64,000 bases of DNA from an uncultured Clostridia bacterium (GCA_946414315.1 CAMKNZ010000012.1:1364-65363); one strand, 5' to 3'. Shown: positions 28,697-38,657, counted from the stretch's first letter. Notes: generated from the letters alone by a model not told the origin. Made by a program: numbers and translations.

Positions 28697-31156
28697 ATGA
28701 AACGGATCTGTGTTGACGAAAAATGGACGTTCAGAAGAGGATTCCTGGATTCCTATGCCATGCTGAAGGAGGATCCCGGGACGGTGGTGGACCTGCCCCA
28801 TGACGGGATGATCGGCACGCCGGTAACGCCGGACGCTCCGGCCCGGTCGGATATGGGGTACTTTACCGGGGGACTGAGCAATTATACCCGGGAATTCCTG
28901 ATCCCCGCGGACTGGGAGGACGGCTGTACCGGGCTGCTGTTTGACGGGGCGATGATGAACGCCACCGTGGAGATCAACGGATCCAAAGTATGTGCGCAGC
29001 ATTACGGATACGCGCCGTTCTACGCGGATCTGACGGATCTGATCGCCTACGGGAAAAAGAACCGGATCACGGTGAACGTCAATACCAGCATGCAGCCCAA
29101 TTCCCGGTGGTATACGGGCTCCGGACTGTACCGCAGCGTCTTTCTCCTTCACGGGCCGAAGGTGCACATCGCGCCGGACGGCGTCTTTGCCTGTACCAAA
29201 GAGGTGGCCGACGGATACGCTTTTATGGAGACTGAAACGGAGATTTGCAACGAAACGGCGGAAAACAGGCTTGCGGAGGCGGAAGTATGCCTGATCCGGG
29301 AGGATACCGGAGAGACTGCCGCTACCGCGAAACAGGTGATCCATGTGGGCGCCCGGAGCCGGGAAACGGCGAGGATCTCGCTGACCGTTCCGGATCCGGT
29401 GCTCTGGGACGCGGAACATCCGAACCTGTACCGGGTCCGTGTCTCGGTGAAAAACATTGGCAGATTCCGGACGCATTTTGAGGAAGAATCAGCAAAGACG
29501 ACGGACGAGGCGGAAGTGCTGACCGGAATCCGGACGATTACGGCCGATCCGGTCAGAGGTCTGCGGATCAACGGAAAAACGGTGAAACTGAAGGGCGGAT
29601 GCGTGCATCATGACAACGGGCTGCTCGGAGCGGTTTCCCTGTATGAGACGGAAGCCAGAAAGATCCGGAAACTGAAGGAGACCGGTTTCAACGCGATCCG
29701 GACCGCCCACAACCCGCCTTCCGCAGCGCTGATCGAAGCGTGCGACCGCCTGGGAATGTATGTATTTGACGAGGCCTTCGACGCCTGGAGAATGGCCAAG
29801 CGCGGAGGGGATTACAGCCAGTTCTTTGACGCCTGCTGGCGGAAAGACCTAAGCGCTTTCGTGCGGCGGGACCGCTCCCATCCCAGCGTGATCCTGTGGT
29901 CAACAGGAAATGAGATCCCGGAACGGGGCGGACTGAGCGAAGGATATTTCCTGGCGGCGAAGCTGGCGGATCACATCCGGAGCCTGGACGGGACAAGGCC
30001 GGTCAGCAACGGGATCTGCTCTTTCTGGTGCGGACTGGACGACTTTATGGCGGAAGGGACAAACCAGGCGCAGAACGCGGAGAACGAAAAGGAAGATCTG
30101 TGGGAACGGGGAACGGAACCCTTTGCAAGCGCGCTGGACGTCGTCGGTTACAACTATATGGAAGACCTGTATGAAAAGGATCATGAGATGTTTCCGGAGC
30201 GCGTGATCCTGGGCTCCGAGAATTTCGCGAAAGAGATCGGCTACCGGTGGCCGCTGGTTGAACGGCTTCCTTATGTAATCGGCGAGTTTACCTGGACCGC
30301 CTGGGATTACCTCGGCGAAGCCGGGATCGGCAAGGCGGCCAGTTTTGAAAAGAATGACCCGATGATCGAAAAAGGCGCCTGGGCGCTGATGCCTCCGAAC
30401 GGATCGCCGTATCCCTGGAGAACAGCCAATGACGCGGACTATGACATTACGGGCTGCAGAAAGCCCCAGGGCGCGTATCGCAGCGTGGTCTGGGGAAACG
30501 GGGAGACCTTCCTGTATGCCTGCCCGCCGGAGAACTTCGGCAAAACCGAACTGATTACGCCCTGGGGATTCACGGACGTCCGGTCCTGCTGGAATTATCC
30601 GGGGCAGGAAGGAAAACCGGTCGAACTGCTTGTGTTTTCAAATGCCCGGGAGGTGGAGCTGTTCGTGAATGGACGCTCCGCGGGCAGGAAACCGGTGGAC
30701 AGGGAACGCCCCCTGCCTTGCAGCGTACGCTTTGAAACAGTCTATGAGCCGGGAAAGGTTGAGGCTGTCAGCTACACGGACGGCCGGGAAGTGAGCCGCG
30801 CTGTTCTGGCAACGACGGGGGCGCCGGCAAAGATCCGGGTCATTCCGGAAAAAACAGCCATGAAAGCGGACGGACATGACCTGATCTACGCGGGAATCGA
30901 AATCGTGGACAAAGACGGAAATATCGTTCCGGACGCGGAGATTCCGCTGACTGCCTGCCTGACTGGCCCAGCCCGGCTGGCCGGATTCGGAAGCGGCAAC
31001 CCGATCACGGATGAGGACTATACGGACAACGTGACACAGAGTTTCCGCGGAAGGGCGCAAGCAATCATCCGCGCGGGCCGGGAGACCGGGCAAGCTATTC
31101 TGACCGTTTCCGGTGAAGGTCTGCCGACCGAAAAGACAGATCTGAGTGTCATCTGA
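28697..31156 (+). CDS. Glycoside hydrolase family 2 (beta-galactosidase-like)
   Basis: VDLPHD, NSRWYTGSGLYR, LKGGCVHHDNG, IRTAHNPP, WSTGNE, WTAWDYLGE. Confidence 0.92.
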   Translation: MKRICVDEKWTFRRGFLDSYAMLKEDPGTVVDLPHDGMIGTPVTPDAPARSDMGYFTGGLSNYTREFLIPADWEDGCTGLLFDGAMMNATVEINGSKVCAQHYGYAPFYADLTDLIAYGKKNRITVNVNTSMQPNSRWYTGSGLYRSVFLLHGPKVHIAPDGVFACTKEVADGYAFMETETEICNETAENRLAEAEVCLIREDTGETAATAKQVIHVGARSRETARISLTVPDPVLWDAEHPNLYRVRVSVKNIGRFRTHFEEESAKTTDEAEVLTGIRTITADPVRGLRINGKTVKLKGGCVHHDNGLLGAVSLYETEARKIRKLKETGFNAIRTAHNPPSAALIEACDRLGMYVFDEAFDAWRMAKRGGDYSQFFDACWRKDLSAFVRRDRSHPSVILWSTGNEIPERGGLSEGYFLAAKLADHIRSLDGTRPVSNGICSFWCGLDDFMAEGTNQAQNAENEKEDLWERGTEPFASALDVVGYNYMEDLYEKDHEMFPERVILGSENFAKEIGYRWPLVERLPYVIGEFTWTAWDYLGEAGIGKAASFEKNDPMIEKGAWALMPPNGSPYPWRTANDADYDITGCRKPQGAYRSVVWGNGETFLYACPPENFGKTELITPWGFTDVRSCWNYPGQEGKPVELLVFSNAREVELFVNGRSAGRKPVDRERPLPCSVRFETVYEPGKVEAVSYTDGREVSRAVLATTGAPAKIRVIPEKTAMKADGHDLIYAGIEIVDKDGNIVPDAEIPLTACLTGPARLAGFGSGNPITDEDYTDNVTQSFRGRAQAIIRAGRETGQAILTVSGEGLPTEKTDLSVI

Positions 31157-31162
31157 AAGAAC

Positions 31163-31199
31163 AAACCCCGCTCCGGCGTGCAAATCGGAGCGGGGTTTC
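31163..31199. terminator. Bidirectional terminator between convergent genes
   Basis: AAACCCCGCTCCG-loop-CGGAGCGGGGTTT. Confidence 0.75.
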
Positions 31200-31211
31200 T
31201 GTTATTCTTGT

Positions 31212-32588
31212 TCAGCTTTGTTCATTGAACGACAGGCCCAGGAGGACCCAGAACATGGGAGCGACAAGGCAGACGGAGAAGGAGAAGAAGGCCTGAACCG
31301 CATAGCACAGAACTGCGGCGGAACAGGGTGCCAGGAGCGGGAACCAGCCTTCCCGTTTGCGGAAGATCGCAAAGAGCAGCAGCGCGATGAACAGGAGCAG
31401 AGCCGGGAGGCCGTGGTCTGTCAGTTGCTGGATATATTCGTTGTGCGGATTGTCAAAGTAATCCGGCAGGGCTTTTCCGTCCTGCTCTTTCGGAATGACC
31501 AGACCGTGATCCTTAATATACTGATTGAAGCGGGCGACGAAAGTAGCGGAGCCGCCGCCCAGCAGCAGGTTTTCTTTGGCCAGGCCCAGGCTGTAGGTCC
31601 AGACCGCCACCCGGTCGCTGCCGAAGGACAGGCGGGTGCGGCCGTGGAGAATCTCATGCAGTTCCCAGATTCCGCCGCCGTAGCCGGGCCAGAACCAGAC
31701 GACCAGCAGGGCGGCGATGATCAGAAGCAGCAGGATCGGAAGCCGCCATTTTTTCGGAATCAGGCGAAGAACGGTGAAAAGGAACAGCACGGCAAGGGAG
31801 ATGGCGCCGAACTGAACATCCATGGTGATGATGAGGAAGAGGGTCAGAAGGAGCGCAACGGAAAGGAAGAGGCAGTAAAGCACCTTCGGGAGGAGGACCC
31901 TCCATTCCGGCCGGGATGGCTGGGCGGGGGATTCGGCTTCAGGCTTACGGATTCTGTGACGGTGAATAAAACCGATGATTCCGTAAAGGAAGAAACCGGC
32001 GAGGAGCAGCAGATAGCCGGTGCCCATATCGACGTTGCCGATGGTTCCCTGAAATTCCTTGTTCTGGGCGTAGCTGCGGCCGGAGGGGTACAGGCCGAGG
32101 GGATTGCCGCCGCTCCGCTGGAGCATCACGATCACGAAAAAGACGGTGACGCCGGCCGCCGCGGAGATCAGGACCGGCTTCAGGTTTGCCCGGGAAAAGA
32201 AGAAACAGGCAAAAAGCGCGAAATAGCACAGCCGGGACGCCAGGCCTTCATACCGCGCGCCGCTGCCAAGCCAGAAGGTTTCCGCCCCATGCTCGCTGAA
32301 CAGGCAGGAAAGAACGGTCCAGCAGAGAAGTGCGCCGGCGAGGATGAGCGGGATGAAGGAACGGGAAGAAGCGTCTCTGCCATTCCTGACGCGTTTGCGA
32401 AAGACAAACCTGACGATCAGATCAATGCAGAAACACAGCAGGGTGACGCCGGTGAGGATCAGCATGATGACCCATTTGTCGTAGGTGATGTGGGCATATG
32501 TTCCGCCCTGCAGGAGCGGAAAGAGGCCGAGCCACAGACAGGCGGCAACCGTCATCCCGATCCGGTATTTTGGCTGTTCAGACTGCAT
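31212..32588 (-). CDS. O-antigen ligase (Wzy_C) family membrane protein
   Basis: Multi-TM; GTIGN, SDRVAVW, LLGGGSATF, DNPHNEYIQ motifs; ATG at 32588 with AAGGAGG RBS. Confidence 0.8.
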   Translation of the reverse strand: MQSEQPKYRIGMTVAACLWLGLFPLLQGGTYAHITYDKWVIMLILTGVTLLCFCIDLIVRFVFRKRVRNGRDASSRSFIPLILAGALLCWTVLSCLFSEHGAETFWLGSGARYEGLASRLCYFALFACFFFSRANLKPVLISAAAGVTVFFVIVMLQRSGGNPLGLYPSGRSYAQNKEFQGTIGNVDMGTGYLLLLAGFFLYGIIGFIHRHRIRKPEAESPAQPSRPEWRVLLPKVLYCLFLSVALLLTLFLIITMDVQFGAISLAVLFLFTVLRLIPKKWRLPILLLLIIAALLVVWFWPGYGGGIWELHEILHGRTRLSFGSDRVAVWTYSLGLAKENLLLGGGSATFVARFNQYIKDHGLVIPKEQDGKALPDYFDNPHNEYIQQLTDHGLPALLLFIALLLFAIFRKREGWFPLLAPCSAAVLCYAVQAFFSFSVCLVAPMFWVLLGLSFNEQS

Positions 32589-32712
32589 CGGGGCGCCTCC
32601 TTTCCGTTGTTTTTCATACGCCGATATGATAAAATCAAATTTAATCAAGTATACATCATCCGATCCTTTCCGCACAAGTGCGCGAAGGGACAGTCGAAAG
32701 GAAGCGGATGCC

Positions 32713-33798
32713 ATGAAAGTTGTGCTGGAAAACCTCACAAAACGTTTTCCGCCCCGGAACAAGAAGGGCGCGGAAGTCATTGCCGTGAACAATTTCAATT
32801 TTGAGATCCCGGACGGGCAGCTGATCGGCCTGCTGGGGCCCAGCGGCTGCGGCAAGAGCACGACGCTGAACCTGATCAGCGGACTGGAAACGCCGACGGA
32901 AGGGAAAATCTTCTTCGGGGACGAGGACGTGACCAACCTGCCGCCGGAAGAACGGGGCGTCGGCCTGGTGTTCCAGAACTACGCGCTGTATCCGCACCTG
33001 ACGGTGGAGGAGAACATCATCTTCCCGCTGCAGAACCTGAAGGGTGCCCAGAAGATGTCCAAAGAGGCCATGCACCAGAAGGCGGTGGAGACCGCGAAGC
33101 TGGTGCAGATCGACGGCCTGATGGAACGCAAGCCGAAGGAAATGTCCGGCGGCCAGCAGCAGCGCGTGGCGATTGCCCGGGCCCTGGTGAAGGTCCCGAG
33201 GGTCCTGCTGCTGGATGAACCGCTGAGCAACCTGGACGCGCGGCTTCGGCTGCAGACCCGGGAAGAACTACGCCGGATCCAGCGGGATACCGGCGTGACC
33301 ACGATCTTCGTCACCCATGACCAGGAAGAAGCCATGAGTATCAGCGATCTGATCATCGTGATGAAGGACGGCGTGGTTCACCAGATCGGCAAACCCCAGG
33401 ATGTGTATGATGAGCCGGCAAACCTGTTTGTGGCACAGTTCCTCGGCACACCCCAGATCAACGTGTTCCACGGTGAGGTGAAAGGCGAAAAACTGTATAT
33501 CGGCGACGAGGCTGTGCTGGACGTGCCAGGACGGAAGGATATGCCCGTATGGGTCGGCATCCGGCCGGAAGGCTTCATTCCGGACGAAAACGGGCCGCTG
33601 ACCTGCAGGATGGACCGGGTGGAGGTCATGGGACGCGACGTGAGCGTCGTATCCACCCATCCGCAGATGACGGGCCGGTGCATCCGTTCCATCGTATCCT
33701 CCGAGAACAAGTTTGAGCCCGGCCAGCAGACGGTCCGCTTCCGGCTGAAGCCGTATAAAGTGTTCCTGTTCGACAAAGAGAGCGAGGAACGCGTATGA
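32713..33798 (+). CDS. CUT1 ABC transporter ATP-binding protein (MalK/MsmX-like)
   Basis: GPSGCGKS, FQNYALYPH, MSGGQQQR, DEPLSNLDA. Confidence 0.92.
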   Translation: MKVVLENLTKRFPPRNKKGAEVIAVNNFNFEIPDGQLIGLLGPSGCGKSTTLNLISGLETPTEGKIFFGDEDVTNLPPEERGVGLVFQNYALYPHLTVEENIIFPLQNLKGAQKMSKEAMHQKAVETAKLVQIDGLMERKPKEMSGGQQQRVAIARALVKVPRVLLLDEPLSNLDARLRLQTREELRRIQRDTGVTTIFVTHDQEEAMSISDLIIVMKDGVVHQIGKPQDVYDEPANLFVAQFLGTPQINVFHGEVKGEKLYIGDEAVLDVPGRKDMPVWVGIRPEGFIPDENGPLTCRMDRVEVMGRDVSVVSTHPQMTGRCIRSIVSSENKFEPGQQTVRFRLKPYKVFLFDKESEERV

Positions 33799-34688
33799 AA
33801 AAGAACAACCTGAAAGCCTGGCTGTACCTGCTGCCGGCGATCCTGTTCCTCGGCGTGTTCATGGTCTATCCGCTGATCGACGTCTGCGTGTATTCAGTGG
33901 AGGAGAACTATAACTTCGCCAGCCAGAGCTTCACCGGCGTGGGGCTGGGGAACTTCAAATACGTGCTGAGCGATCCGTATTTCGTACAGGCGCTGAAGAA
34001 TACCTTCCTGATCGTGGCGATCACGGTGCCGCTGAGCACGGGATTCGCCCTGCTGATCTCCCTGGGGCTCAGTTCCATCAAAACACTGCGGAACGCCTTC
34101 CAGACGATCTATTTCCTGCCCTATGTGACAAACACCCTGGCCGTGGGCCTGGTGTTCATGATCCTGTTCAAAAAGACGGCGTATACGGATGGCATGGTGA
34201 ACCTGCTGATCAGCAAGTTCGGCGGGACCGGTGTGGACTTTATCGAGGGTCCGTACTGGGCGAAGATGTTTGTGATGTGCTTCTATACGATCTGGATCGT
34301 GATGCCGTTCAAGATCCTGATCCTGACCAGCGCGCTGGCCAGCGTAAACCAGGACTACTACAAGGCGGCGAAGGTGGACGGCGCCTCCAGCGGACGGATC
34401 TTCCGGAAGATCACGCTGCCGATGATCAGCCCGACGGTGTTCTACCTGATCATCACCGGCTTTATCGGCGCGTTCAAGGCCTACAGCGACGAGGTCGCCC
34501 TGTTCGGTACGAACCTGAACGCGGCGGGCATGAACACGATCGTGGGCTATGTCTACGACATGCTCTACGGCGACAGCGGCGGATATCCGAGCTACGCCGC
34601 GGCCGCCGCGCTGATCCTGTTCGCCATCGTCTTTACCATCACCTATATCAACCTGACCTTCAGCAAGAACAAGGTCCAGTATATGTGA
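33795..34688 (+). CDS. CUT1 ABC transporter permease
   Basis: TM helices, EAA-loop YYKAAKVDGA...ITLP. Confidence 0.9.
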   Translation: MKKNNLKAWLYLLPAILFLGVFMVYPLIDVCVYSVEENYNFASQSFTGVGLGNFKYVLSDPYFVQALKNTFLIVAITVPLSTGFALLISLGLSSIKTLRNAFQTIYFLPYVTNTLAVGLVFMILFKKTAYTDGMVNLLISKFGGTGVDFIEGPYWAKMFVMCFYTIWIVMPFKILILTSALASVNQDYYKAAKVDGASSGRIFRKITLPMISPTVFYLIITGFIGAFKAYSDEVALFGTNLNAAGMNTIVGYVYDMLYGDSGGYPSYAAAAALILFAIVFTITYINLTFSKNKVQYM

Positions 34689-34700
34689 GGTGAGGAAGAG

Positions 34701-35543
34701 ATGATCGAAAAGAAGAGCGCGAGTTTTTCGCGGGTGCTGATCTATTTCTTCCTGATCGTCTGGGCGCTGATCGTCCTGTTCCCGTTCTACTGGATGGTCC
34801 TGACGAGCGTGAAGAGCTTTGCTTCCTACAACAGCGAATACATCCCGCGGTTCTTTACGACGGAACCGACGCTGGACAACTATGTCAGCGCCTTTGAGGC
34901 GGTGCCGCTGGGACGGTATTTCCTGAATACCCTGATCTTTACCGTGGCGACGACGGGCCTGATGATGCTGGTTATCATTCCGGCGGCATTCGCTTTCGCG
35001 CGGCTGGAGTTCAAGGGACGGAACGCGGTGTTCGCCCTGTTCCTGAGCCTGATGATGATCCCCACGGAACTGGTAATTATTACCAACTATGTGACGATCG
35101 TCAACTGGAACATGCGGAACACCTACCTGGGCCTGATCCTGCCTTCGGTGACCAGCGTGTTCTATATCTACCTGCTGAAGGAGAACTTCGAGGCGATCCC
35201 GGACGAGCTGTACCAGGCGGCAAAGGTGGACGGAACGAGCGACCTGAAGTACCTGGTGAAGGTGATGATTCCTATCTGCCAGCCGACAGTGGTGACGATC
35301 ATCATCCTGAAGGTCATTGAATGCTGGAACAGCTATGTATGGCCCAGGCTGATCACCTATGATTCCAATTACTTCCTGGTGTCCAACGGCATCCAGGAGA
35401 TCCGGGAGAACGGCTTCGGCCGCGAGAATACCCCGGCGATGATGGCCGCGGTGGTCGTGATCAGCGTGCCGCTGATCGTACTGTTCCTGGTCTTCCGGAA
35501 GAAGATCATGGCGGGCGTTTCGAGGGGAGGTACAAAGGGATGA
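34701..35543 (+). CDS. CUT1 ABC transporter permease
   Basis: IPDELYQAAKVDG, WNSYVWP. Confidence 0.9.
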   Translation: MIEKKSASFSRVLIYFFLIVWALIVLFPFYWMVLTSVKSFASYNSEYIPRFFTTEPTLDNYVSAFEAVPLGRYFLNTLIFTVATTGLMMLVIIPAAFAFARLEFKGRNAVFALFLSLMMIPTELVIITNYVTIVNWNMRNTYLGLILPSVTSVFYIYLLKENFEAIPDELYQAAKVDGTSDLKYLVKVMIPICQPTVVTIIILKVIECWNSYVWPRLITYDSNYFLVSNGIQEIRENGFGRENTPAMMAAVVVISVPLIVLFLVFRKKIMAGVSRGGTKG

Positions 35544-37147
35544 AAAAGAAGCTTTCCTTTATCCTTTTGCTGATCCTGATCCTGCCTTTGCTGGCGTCCT
35601 GCCACGGGAAACAGAAGAGCATCGGCTTTGCCGTGCCGGATCATTTTGACGACCAGGCGCCGGTGGAGATCGTCTTCTGGGCGAAGAACGATACGAACCG
35701 GAACCAGGTGGCAGTTTACCAGAAAGCCATCGAGGGCTTCCAGACGCTGTATCCGAACGTGACGGTGAACATCCGGCTGTATACGGACTACGGCCGGATC
35801 TACAACGACGTGATCACCAACATCTCCACGAACACGACGCCGAACGTCTGCATTACCTATCCGGACCATATCGCCACCTATCTGACCGGCGCCGATACGG
35901 TAGCTCCGCTGGACGACCTGATGGCGGATCCGCGTTTCGGCCTGGGCGGCAGCGAAGTCCGGTTTGACGCGCCGAAAACGGAGGAGATTGTGCCGGAATT
36001 CCTGCAGGAATGCCGGATCGGGGAGCATACCTACGCCATGCCCTATATGCGGTCCACGGAAGCCCTGTATGTGAACGAGGACTATGTGAAGAAACTGGGC
36101 TACGAGCTTCCCGAGATCATGACCTGGGACTTTATCTGGGAAGTCAGCGAAAAGGCGATGGAGCAGGACGCGGACGGCGTGTTCAAGGTGAACGGCCAGA
36201 AGGTTATGATCCCCTTCATCTACAAGAGCACGGACAATATGATGATCTCCATGCTGAAACAGCTGGACGCGCCCTATTCCACGGACGACGGCGAGATCCT
36301 GATCTTCAACGATACGACAAAGGAAGTGCTGCAGGAGATCTACAGCCACGGAAAGAGCCGGGCGTTCTCAACCTTCGGGATCAGCAGTTATCCGGGCAAT
36401 TTCCTGAACGCCGGGCAGTGCATCTTCGCCATCGACTCCACAGCGGGGGCGACCTGGATGGGCAGCGACGCGCCGATGCTGGATATCCATGAGGAGCAGG
36501 TGGTTCCGTTCCACACGAAGGTCATGCCGATTCCGCAGTTCGACCCGGAGCATCCGAAGATGATCAGCCAGGGTCCGAGCGTCTGCGTGTTCAACAAGCA
36601 AAACGACCAGGAAGTGCTGGCCAGCTGGCTGTTTGTCCAGTATCTGCTGACGAATGAGATCCAGATGGGCTACGCGGAAACGGAAGGGTATCTGCCCGTG
36701 ACCCTGAAGGCGCAGAACAGCGCTGAATACCAGGATTACCTGAGCCGGAAAGGCGAGGACAACAAGGAACACTACGCTGTCAAGATCGAAGCGAGCGAAC
36801 TGCTGATGAAATACACGGCGGACACTTTCGTGACGCCGGTGTTCAACGGCAGCGCCAGCCTGCGCTCCGCGGCGGGACAGCTGATCGAGAACACGGTGAA
36901 GGGCGCGCGCCGGAAACAGGAGATGAACGACGCGTTCATCGACAAGCTGTTCAGCGAAGTCAGCAGCCTGTACCGGCTGGACCAGATCGGGAAGGCGGCG
37001 AAGGGCTCCGGAGAAGAAGCCGGAGTCAAAGAAGCAAAGGAGCTGCCGACGGAGTCTGTTGCCCTGCTGATCATCGTTCCGTGCGTATGGCTCCTGATCG
37101 GTGCTTATAAACTGTGGAATAAGAAAAAAACAAACATTCATCATTGA
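35540..37147 (+). CDS. ABC transporter extracellular solute-binding lipoprotein with additional C-terminal TM helix
   Basis: Lipobox LLASC; YAMPYMRSTEALYVN, ISQGPSVCVF; C-terminal SVALLIIVPCVWLLIGAYKLWNKKK. Confidence 0.85.
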   Translation: MKKKLSFILLLILILPLLASCHGKQKSIGFAVPDHFDDQAPVEIVFWAKNDTNRNQVAVYQKAIEGFQTLYPNVTVNIRLYTDYGRIYNDVITNISTNTTPNVCITYPDHIATYLTGADTVAPLDDLMADPRFGLGGSEVRFDAPKTEEIVPEFLQECRIGEHTYAMPYMRSTEALYVNEDYVKKLGYELPEIMTWDFIWEVSEKAMEQDADGVFKVNGQKVMIPFIYKSTDNMMISMLKQLDAPYSTDDGEILIFNDTTKEVLQEIYSHGKSRAFSTFGISSYPGNFLNAGQCIFAIDSTAGATWMGSDAPMLDIHEEQVVPFHTKVMPIPQFDPEHPKMISQGPSVCVFNKQNDQEVLASWLFVQYLLTNEIQMGYAETEGYLPVTLKAQNSAEYQDYLSRKGEDNKEHYAVKIEASELLMKYTADTFVTPVFNGSASLRSAAGQLIENTVKGARRKQEMNDAFIDKLFSEVSSLYRLDQIGKAAKGSGEEAGVKEAKELPTESVALLIIVPCVWLLIGAYKLWNKKKTNIHH

Positions 37148-37172
37148 ATTTTTAACTTTTTTGATGTATGAT
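37144..37172 (+). promoter_or_regulatory. sigma70 promoter
   Basis: TTGAAT-N17-TATGAT. Confidence 0.55.
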
Positions 37173-37219
37173 AACAGCTGTTCACCGAAGACGGTGGAAA
37201 GAGAGAGGAGAAAAAGAAT

Positions 37220-38338
37220 ATGAAAAACAAGAAGCTGTTGATTGCTCTGGTGGCAATCCTTGCCGTTGCCGTGCTCGTGCTGTCTTCCTGCCAGAAGACC
37301 GAAGAGAAGGCGAAGGAAGCCGCTGCTGCTGTTGAAGAGAAAGCTGAAGAAGTCAAGGAAGAAGTTAAGGAAGAAGCGGCTGAAGCTGCCGAAAAGGTAG
37401 AGGAGAAAGTCGAAGAAGTCAAGGAAGAAGCCGCTGCTGCCGTCGATACCGCCAAGGAAGAAGTGGCTGAAGCTGCCGAAAAGGCAGAAGAGAAAGTCGA
37501 AGAAGTGAAGGAAGAAGTCAAGGAAGAAGCGGCTGAAGTTGCCGAGAAGGTTGAAGAAGCTGTCGACACCGCCAAGGAAGAAGCTGCTGCTGCCGTCGAA
37601 ACTGCCAAAGAAGAAGTGGCTGAAGCTGCCGAAAAGGTAGAAGAGAAAGTCGAAGACGTCAAGGAAGAAGCGGCTGAAGCTGTGGCTGCTGCTACCGTGA
37701 TGAGCCATGATGAGTATGTGAAGGCCGATCTGGACACTCCCGTCTGCATCGAAGCTTATGTCCAGGCCAATCAGTCCTGGTGGGAAGGCAAAATCAAGCT
37801 GTACCTGCAGGATGAAAACGGCGCCTACTTTGCCTATGACCTGCCCTGCACGGAAGAAGACGCCGCGAAGCTGGCTGTCCCCGGCACCAAGGTCCGCATC
37901 AACGGCATGAAGGCCGAGTGGTCCGGTGAAGTCGAAATCATCGACGCGACCTATGAAATCCTGGAAGGTTCCTTCATTGCGGAGCCCGCAGATGTGACCG
38001 ACCTGTTCGGCAAAGACGAGCTGATCAATCATATGAATGAGAAGATCGCTGTCAAGGACGCCAAGGTTGCTGCTTCCAAGGTGGACGGCAAGGACGAAGA
38101 GTTTGCGTTCCTGTACAACTGGGATGGCTCCGGCACCCCCGGAAGCGACCTGTACTTCAACGTGGAAATCGGCGGACAGACCTATACCTTCACCGTTGAG
38201 AGCTATCTGTGCGGACAGGACACCGATGTGTACAAGGCAGTTGAAGGCCTGAAGGTCGGCGACACCATCGATATGGAAGGCTTCCTGTACTGGTACAACG
38301 GCGCGAATCCCCACATCACCAGCGTGACTGTGAAGTAA
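37220..38338 (+). CDS. Lipoprotein with Glu/Ala/Lys-rich repetitive stalk and putative OB-fold domains
   Basis: Lipobox VLSSC; about 130 aa of KEEAAEAAEKVEEKVEEV repeats; C-terminal LYLQDENGAYF...GTKVRING...WSGEVEI and LKVGDTIDMEGFLYWY resemble OB folds. Confidence 0.7.
   Translation: MKNKKLLIALVAILAVAVLVLSSCQKTEEKAKEAAAAVEEKAEEVKEEVKEEAAEAAEKVEEKVEEVKEEAAAAVDTAKEEVAEAAEKAEEKVEEVKEEVKEEAAEVAEKVEEAVDTAKEEAAAAVETAKEEVAEAAEKVEEKVEDVKEEAAEAVAAATVMSHDEYVKADLDTPVCIEAYVQANQSWWEGKIKLYLQDENGAYFAYDLPCTEEDAAKLAVPGTKVRINGMKAEWSGEVEIIDATYEILEGSFIAEPADVTDLFGKDELINHMNEKIAVKDAKVAASKVDGKDEEFAFLYNWDGSGTPGSDLYFNVEIGGQTYTFTVESYLCGQDTDVYKAVEGLKVGDTIDMEGFLYWYNGANPHITSVTVK
37300..37690 (+). repeat. Imperfect coding repeats (E/A/K-rich)
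   Basis: Recurrent GGCTGAAGCTGCCGAAAAGG and GTCAAGGAAGAAG units. Confidence 0.8.
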
Positions 38339-38358
38339 GGATCAGCGAACGTATTTCC

Positions 38359-38393
38359 GCCTCCGGACAGAATTGTCCGGAGGCTTCATTTTT
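38359..38393 (+). terminator. Intrinsic terminator
   Basis: GCCTCCGGACA-gaat-TGTCCGGAGGC-ttcattttt. Confidence 0.7.
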
Positions 38394-38397
38394 ATGC

Positions 38398-38426
38398 TTG
38401 ACATTTATCCCTCCCTCATGTAATAT
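38398..38426 (+). promoter_or_regulatory. sigma70 promoter for the tRNA operon
   Basis: TTGACA-N17-TAATAT. Confidence 0.7.
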
Positions 38427-38455
38427 ATCCCTTGCGCTCGCAAGAGCGGCAATGA

Positions 38456-38531
38456 CGCGGGGTGGAGCAGCTGGCAGCTCGTCGGGCTCATAACCCGGAG
38501 GTCGAGGGTTCAAATCCCTCCCCCGCAACCA
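38456..38531 (+). tRNA. tRNA-fMet (initiator, CAT)
   Basis: CGCGGGG...CCCGCAACCA, C1:A72 mismatch, GGG/CCC anticodon stem, CAT anticodon, TTCAAAT T-loop. Confidence 0.95.
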
Positions 38532-38534
38532 TAT

Positions 38535-38608
38535 GGCTCAATAGCTCAGTTGGCTAGAGCATTCGGTTCATACCCGGAGTGTCATAGGTTCGAGTCCTAT
38601 TTGAGCCA
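38535..38608 (+). tRNA. tRNA-Met (elongator, CAT)
   Basis: GGCTCAA...TTGAGCCA acceptor stem, anticodon arm TTCGG-TTCATAC-CCGGA resembling Firmicute elongator Met; CCA not encoded. Confidence 0.9.
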
Positions 38609-38611
38609 CAC

Positions 38612-38645
38612 AAAATACCGGACCCCTTGAGGGCCCGGTATTTTT
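38612..38645 (+). terminator. Intrinsic terminator after the tRNAs
   Basis: AAAATACCGG...CCGGTATTTTT. Confidence 0.75.
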
Positions 38646-38657
38646 GTGCTGTTCAGA

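Noticed and set aside
38535-38608. tRNA-Ile2 (lysidine CAU) assignment
   Set aside because: The anticodon arm (TTCATAC loop, CGG/CCG stem) resembles Firmicute elongator tRNA-Met more than Ile2; not verified with a covariance model.
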